64,000 nucleotides of DNA. Origin: Cladosporium halotolerans. Taxonomy: Eukaryota. Below are positions 57,631-64,000 of this stretch, one piece after another. The stretch spans positions 434,001 through 498,000 of the forward strand of contig NW_027191452.1 in the NCBI RefSeq assembly GCF_011745625.1, given 5' to 3'. A model generated the notes under the pieces. It searched no databases and was not told the origin of the DNA. It was given only the letters and a program-made list of their open reading frames with translations. The position numbers and the translations under genes are program-made. How positions within the stretch are numbered: the stretch's first letter is position 1; each line of letters opens with the position of its first letter.

Positions 57631-59649
57631 TCTTGCGGTTGTGTGTGAGAAGGGGAGAAGCGTCGGGGCAGTCGTTCGATCTCGCGGGGTCGTCGTTGGG
57701 CGGCTGGTCCTGATGTCGAGATGCGCTTTCGCTAATTCCATTTCTGCGCGGTGCGAGCGTCGCCAAGCCCCGGTGGGCGGGAATTGCCGCGGGCGAAGCG
57801 CGCCCAAAAGTGTCGCTTGACTTTCCGTTCTTATCGACTTTGCGCTCCACGGCAGCTTACGCTCGCTTTTCCGTTGTCGATAAGAAAACTTTAGATCATC
57901 CCGGACGCTTTGTACGGCAGTTGAGGACATGATATGAATCGTCAATGTGCTGGACTGAAGCAGCATGCAACTTGCACGCAAACGTTGATCAACAGTTTCG
58001 TCACACAGGAATCCCGCAGGAGATGGAAATCGGGTTTATGCAACCAACTGTGCACTTGTCCGGCATCTCAGCATAGCTGTGGCATCACCACGATGATTCT
58101 CAGAGATGATCTCATCCGTCGCATTGGCAACATAGCTGGTCTGCTTGACGCAGACTGGGCATACAAAGATACTGGATAAGTCTAGTGATTGGGCTATCAC
58201 CTATTGTAGGGCTCGGTGCTGTATTTCGTACGCCACTGGCGGAAAATGGAAGACCGCTCTAACTGACTGGGGCTGTCTCGTCAGATTTGCGAGCTTACTG
58301 GGACGCACTTGCGGTATAGCAAAATTGCCAATCGCGATACTGGGGAGATCAATGTATTTGTAGTGCAGTGGGGTTTTGTTCTTGTTGTTACTTTAGCGAC
58401 TGCAACCAATCATCTTTACATCCAATGTAGCGCGCGCACGAACGTCGTAGACGGTTGACAACTGTGTATATCTTGTCAGTATCCAAGACTGATGACGCCA
58501 GGTAATCGACTTGAACACAGTATCCGATCTTGACACTCTAGTCGCTATCAATAGATGTGATTCCTACAAAAACGCTGTGCCAACTGGGTTTCTCTAGAAG
58601 GTCGTCACACTATGATACTCATTGCGAATTGCAGAACTCGACCTCTAGCTCCTATCTCACTTTCGAGCAATACGTGGGAGCAATACGCGGGATGTGAAAG
58701 AAACCACGCTAGGGCTTCCATCTCCAGCAAAAAGTTGTACCACAATTTCTTGCGGTAAGATGTTTGATGTACGAGCCCAGGTGACCAGACCCAGCTCGCT
58801 TGGCAAAGGCCTCGACTTTGATGAGTGTCTGTCCGGCATTCTGGCGTCCAAGCAGCCACGCCACTCCAGATGTCCGAGAGGTCATTGACATGCGATCGCG
58901 TGAAGATGGATCACCTAAGGATCTCATTGTAACTTACAATACACAACACGGCCATTTTCCGAGAAAACGTCTGGAGACAACAACACACCCGGCATTTATC
59001 CTCCATCAGCATGACGCAGGGCAGACGCTAGCGAACCGGTGCCGACGGGCCGTGGGGGGCCGCTCTCAATGTCTGGCCGCTTTCGTGGGGATGGTGTGGC
59101 GATAGCGTCCTTTGGCTGATGTCGGCATGGCTACTAGCGAGACATCTGGGAGCGAGTGTCACGGAAGTGAACACGATTAGGCAGGCAGTCTATGCACTCG
59201 TTGACCATTTCTCAAATAGCACAACAATGTACATCTCACGGAAGGAGGTCGCTGTTGATTCATCACGGTGGAAAAAGACATGCAAGAGACAAGTGAAATT
59301 TCCAGGTCACTTCCCGAGCGATCGGCGAGCGGCTCCAACTCCCATTTGATGAAAGCCGCCATGTGCCACCCTCCGCCTTCCAACGCGACCGCTACCTTAT
59401 CTTCTTCTCCGCACTCGCTGTCGCGCTTCCAACTTCATTCCAGGCGCTTCCTGCCTGTCATTCCCAAAACTGCTGTTGATCACTCAAAGCGTTTCTAAAC
59501 ATCCACCAAGTTATTGAAAATCCATTTCTAAAGCCTTGCACATTCTTCTCGCCACCACTTCGCTTTCTCCGCAACCACTCCGATAGCGACGGAAGTCTAC
59601 GGTTTGCTTGGCCGGGAGCATCGTAAGATTGAGCCAGGACTAAGCGGAT

Positions 59650-61522
59650 ATGGTACTTACGCGAGAAGGATCCCCTCGAGACCCAGACAAGTTTCCAGCT
59701 GCGCAGCTATTTCTGCTAGGTCAGTTCACACCTTTTCCCCGTTTGTAACGACTGTTGACACCGCCCTACAGCACTCGTTCGTGTCGCTGAACCTATCGCC
59801 ATCACCTCAATTTTTCCATACGCCTGGAAGCTCGTACTGCACTTCGAGATCGGCGACAGGAGTAATGCTTCTTTCTACGCGGGCATTCTCATCGCGGCCT
59901 TCGCTTTGGCGGAGGCTTGCACCAGTGTGTATGTTGGACTACATTTGAGCCCTTTTGTATGTTCTCCCATATCTCAGCGGAGATTAATTCCCATCACAGG
60001 TTCTGGGGTGCGCTGTCAGATAGGCTAGGAAGGAAGCCAGTAGTGCTGATGGGATGCTGTGGCACCATCTTCTCTCTTCTGTCGGTCGGCTTGAGCACCA
60101 ATTTCTGGATTGCACTTCTAGGTCGAGCACTTGGCGGAGCTTTGAACGGCAATGTCGGAGTCATTCAGACCATGGTTGGTGAGATGATCACAAACCCAGA
60201 GCATGAGCGTAAGTACCGTTCCAAGCTTCTCGTAGCCATGCTGTTGCTGACGTCTCCAAGCCAAGGCATACGCTGTCATGCCCTTCGTATGGTCTGTGGG
60301 CACAATCATAGGGCCTTCCATTGGTGGTCTGTTTTCTGAGCCAGCGAAGAATTTCCCTGGCCATTTCTCGCCAAACGGCATTTTTGCGAAGTTTCCTTAC
60401 CTCCTGCCGAACCTGATATGCTCAGCGTTGATGGTCACCTCAATTATTGCAGCGTGGATATTCATGGCGGAAACCCATCCGGACAAGCAACCACCTCGGG
60501 CCCCCGATGTTCCGCATAGGCCAAGTATGTCCACTGGTAGACCGCTTTTCCCTGCACAGCCAACTTCCACCGGCGCTGGCGCCAACATCGAACATGAGAG
60601 CTACGGCACCTTCAACCATATCGAAGAGTCAGCTGTCGAGGAAGACTGGAATGTTACGGCAGACGGCACGAGCAGGGACTCTGATGCCAGTGGGAAGACT
60701 TTCACCAAGCGAGTCATCCTGCTTACTGTTGCTTTGGGGATTTTCACGTACCACAGCATGACCTACGACCACCTTCTTCCCATTTTCTTCCAAGACGAGC
60801 GTGTGCCGCCTGATGGGACGCATATGCTAGACAACAGTTTCACACCAGGCTCGCTCGCTGGTGGCCTCGGCCTGAGTACGAAAGACGTCGGTGTCATCAT
60901 GACGGTGCAAGGCCTTATTGCGCTCTTCATTCAAGCAGTCGTTTTCCCTCTCATGGCGAGCTACCTCGGAATCTGGCGCACCTTTATCGTGGTCACCGTG
61001 GCGCATCCGGTCGCCTACTTCATCGTTCCTTGGCTGGTCTATCTGCCGCAAAATCTGCTGTACCCAGGTATTTATGCCTGCCTGGCAGTCCGCAATCTGA
61101 CCTCAATCGTGGCCTACCCGATCCTTCTGATTCTCATCAAAGAAGCCTCGCCTGCACCTAATTGTCTTGGCAAGATCAACGGGCTTGCTGCTTCTACAGG
61201 TGCTGCTTGCCGCACTATGGCTGCGCCTATCGCTGGTTTCCTGTATGGTGTTGGCATTCAGATTGATCTTACCGCGCTGGCTTGGTGGGCTAGTACCGTC
61301 GTCGCCCTCGCCGGAGCTGTGCAGGCTTTTTTCATCAACCAACGGAAGACTGGACCTCAGCATGAGGTTCATGTGGCAGCGCCTTTTCAATTCATGGAGA
61401 ATGAGCACCGACACCGACAAACCCGCCACTCAATCGTTCACATCCATGTTGGCGAAGAACGTGGCAACGATGACACTGACGAGAGGACTCCACTGAGGCC
61501 AACCCGATCTGCCATTCACTGA
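59650..61522 (+). CDS. MFS transporter (ZIFL/YCR023C-like), 4 exons
   Basis: Contains FPAAQLFLL/ALVRVAEPIAITSIFPY, motif A WGALSDRLGRKP, LNGNVGV, IIGPSIGG and FPYLLPNL. Introns at about 59720-59771, 59928-59999 and 60209-60260. Confidence 0.9.
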
Positions 61523-62146
61523 TTGAGAAGAAGCTATTTCCTTACTTTTGAGTTTGGTTCTGGGTTTGAACGGGCGTCTGGATTAGTGTTAGAAGCGATT
61601 GGTTGGGACTTTGATTACGGATTGAAGGATTTGGCGGGCATGGCATACAGCACACGGCATAGAATGCGTACCCTCTTTGGCGTTGGGGGGGAATAGAATG
61701 AATGGTTTTGGCGATACTGACACGTTCATAGAGCATATACAAGCTGTACAATCTCTATTTGGTCATCTTTCGTAGATGCGCGGTTCAAACTCCAGACTTG
61801 TGAAGTGAAGAGAGCAATCATTAGCGTCGGCTTTACGAAGTAGGCAAGGGCAGGAGTAAGGTGAGGTCAAGGTGTCTAGAACATCATCGGTCTTTCACAT
61901 GGCCATACTTTGTTGCGTCTTCTTCACTCGGCAGCGGCTCACTGGTGGAACTCATTCACTTTGCTCACGCGCTTATCACAAGTCGAATTTCGTTCGATCA
62001 AAGATTCTCCGATCCCTCATCACTGAACATCATCATCTCTGAGACAGCGGCAACCCCGTCCTCGACTTGCGCCACAAACTGACGAACGCAAGTGCTCACA
62101 TTATTGCGTCTTACTCAAACTAGATTGACCGAGACAAGCGCACACA

Positions 62147-62866
62147 ATGGCTCGGTCTGCGGTTTCCACGGTATTCAACACAACCGAGCTGCTGGAAATG
62201 ATCCTGCTCACGGAGAATGTTCGCATGCAGAAGCTCTTCGTCCTGCAGCGTGTCAACAAGAAGTTCCAGGACGTGACCGAGGGATCTCCGCTTCTTCGAA
62301 TCAAGATGTTCGTGGACTACAGCTCGGTGGGCGCCACGAAGATACCCGCCAACCCGCGGGAGCTGAAGCACTTCATGAACACTCTGACCAACCCTATTAC
62401 TGGACCGATACGGACATCTTCGCATATCTTCGTGCGCGGACTGAGCAGGCACTCGGGAATATTAGCTCAGGAAGGAGCGGGTAGATCTTTCGATGCCGCC
62501 CTGGAGTTGCTCCCATTCCGCCACTTCGACTTCAACCTGGGCACCGACGACTCCGGGCTCTACGTCTCATCTTCGACTCTCAAGTACGGCGCCGTGGAGA
62601 AGAGGCTGGAGCCTCGCTTGGCTGGGTCTTGGAGGAGACTGAAAATCACCAGAGTACCGGCGAAGCTCGAGTTCAGGCACATCCGTCTCGTTATTAGGCG
62701 CGATGGCGGTCCGAGTGACACGGTGTTCGAAGCAGATGAGCACACGACCATGGGAGACCTTGCGGACTGGCTTGCCAAGTGGTACCATATCAGATACCTT
62801 GAGTACAAGCGGAACCACAGTCTCTCTGGACAATTCTTCTTGAAAGCGGACATTCACATCATCTGA
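62147..62866 (+). CDS. F-box-like domain protein
   Basis: N-terminus AVSTVFNTTELLEMILL..KLFVLQRVNKKFQDV..S..LRIKMF is the fungal F-box-like signature. Confidence 0.75.
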   Translation: MARSAVSTVFNTTELLEMILLTENVRMQKLFVLQRVNKKFQDVTEGSPLLRIKMFVDYSSVGATKIPANPRELKHFMNTLTNPITGPIRTSSHIFVRGLSRHSGILAQEGAGRSFDAALELLPFRHFDFNLGTDDSGLYVSSSTLKYGAVEKRLEPRLAGSWRRLKITRVPAKLEFRHIRLVIRRDGGPSDTVFEADEHTTMGDLADWLAKWYHIRYLEYKRNHSLSGQFFLKADIHII

Positions 62867-63412
62867 GAGCTACGAGCATCTTCATTCCGAAGGCTCATGG
62901 CCTGCTTGACGATGCAGTTCAGTAAGATTCTACACCCTGCCCCATTCAGTCACTTTCATTTCAGAGAATCAGTAAGAAACCAAATGCACCAAAACCCTTT
63001 TAATCCTGCTTCATCGTGATCGTGCGTATATGGGCATCAATTGTTCTCAGAGCGTGTGATCATTCGAGAACTGGATCGGTTGGACCGTTTGACCTTGAGA
63101 GAGACGCTGGTAATTCAATATCTATACAACACATAATACAGTCCTGTCATTTTTCCAATCAACGAAATGAATTATCAGTCCGAGCCAGCAGAAGCACGGT
63201 TACAAAATGTCCATGCACTCAGCCTCAAGCAGACGTTCAACCGCGTCACATGAAATCCGCCTCCGATGATGAGCGGCCGATTTGCCTCGGCTCATTTGCT
63301 CGGACTTCCTCAAGCGCACAACAAACACCAGCCTCCTAACACCCGATCCTTCGTCCCACGCGCTGTACAACATGTGAGGTGTCGTTACATCTAATACTGG
63401 ATTTTCATCAAG

Positions 63413-64000
63413 ATGGGTCCGCCACGGCCTGCCAGCGACGATAGTCGTTCCTCATCTGGATCGACCGGCGCTTCGAAGCGCCCCATCGACCCGATCACGC
63501 GCACCGCGTTGCGCTACACTATCAGCCCGCGGGAATATGAATTGCTCCACCAATACCTAATATCACGTGCACCGGAGAGAGTGCAGAAAAGGACGCCGAA
63601 CCCACCACGGTACGAAAGAATCATCAAAAGCGCTAGTGAGACGGGCGACTACAATGTCGCGAGTTTTCGCGCCGCGTTGCGGGTCTTCGTCGCCGCGTAC
63701 ACCGGGTTGAAGGGATGGGAAGTCATATCGCGCCATATTGCGAATCGAAGAGGAGGAACACAATCCAAGTCGAAAGCTGTTGTCTATGGCCATCCCAACG
63801 GCCGAATCGCGCTATCTCTTTCCACTATACTGCTGTTCCATCGCCTGCTCACTCGCTTCTTCCGGCGTCTTCGCGCATCGCTTTTGGAGGGGTCTGCTGA
63901 GCCCTGGCGGAACCGCAACCCGACACTGGCACGTCTTCTCACGTCTAAATACACACCTGCCGTTGGCTCGTCATTGGCAGGCCTATGCCTTGGAGTAAGC
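63413..64000 (+). CDS. 5' part of a TMEM135-like fungal membrane protein (runs off the window)
   Basis: Open from ATG 63413 to the window end. Contains DPITRTALRYTISPREYELLHQYL, SFRAALRVF, LLFHRLLTRFFRRLRASLL and PAVGSSLAGLCLG. Confidence 0.7.
   Translation, partial: MGPPRPASDDSRSSSGSTGASKRPIDPITRTALRYTISPREYELLHQYLISRAPERVQKRTPNPPRYERIIKSASETGDYNVASFRAALRVFVAAYTGLKGWEVISRHIANRRGGTQSKSKAVVYGHPNGRIALSLSTILLFHRLLTRFFRRLRASLLEGSAEPWRNRNPTLARLLTSKYTPAVGSSLAGLCLGVS

Noticed and set aside
57900..59600. Transposon relic or RIP-mutated DNA in the RPS16-MFS intergenic region
   Set aside because: No terminal repeats, transposase or RT motifs, or marked AT/TpA enrichment were seen.

Overview
Gene-dense, intron-containing genomic DNA from a filamentous ascomycete. 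Short GT-AG introns with CTRAC/CTAAC branch points and the gene content suggest a Dothideomycete, but the taxon is an inference. I find about 30 protein-coding genes, mostly housekeeping: an anoctamin/IST2-like gene, a VNX1-type exchanger, RPT6, a DUF726 protein, an ARMH3-like gene, NRK1, a KH-domain protein, dynactin p150, PMI40, TSR1, SDH8, a HAUS4-like gene, VTI1, TAF9, NSE1, RPS16, an MFS transporter, an F-box-like gene and a partial TMEM135-like gene. There is one intron-containing tRNA-Asp(GTC). The best candidate for a new system is a minus-strand gene at 10035-11080. A constant signal peptide plus pro-domain ends at LENR with a splice donor. Three tandem, homologous but highly diverged Cys-rich terminal modules follow, all in the correct phase, and the two distal ones have their own branch point and acceptor. 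This looks like one secreted precursor giving three different disulfide-rich peptides by alternative last-exon choice; the ORF track shows only the first. Other notable points: tandem copies of the tRNA 3' end, a truncated Hsp70-like gene abutting the tRNA, an LRA1-like dehydrogenase with motif substitutions next to an SMP-30 lactonase, and a thioesterase paralogue with a dead in-frame intron. Exon boundaries and family calls were made by eye, without database searches.
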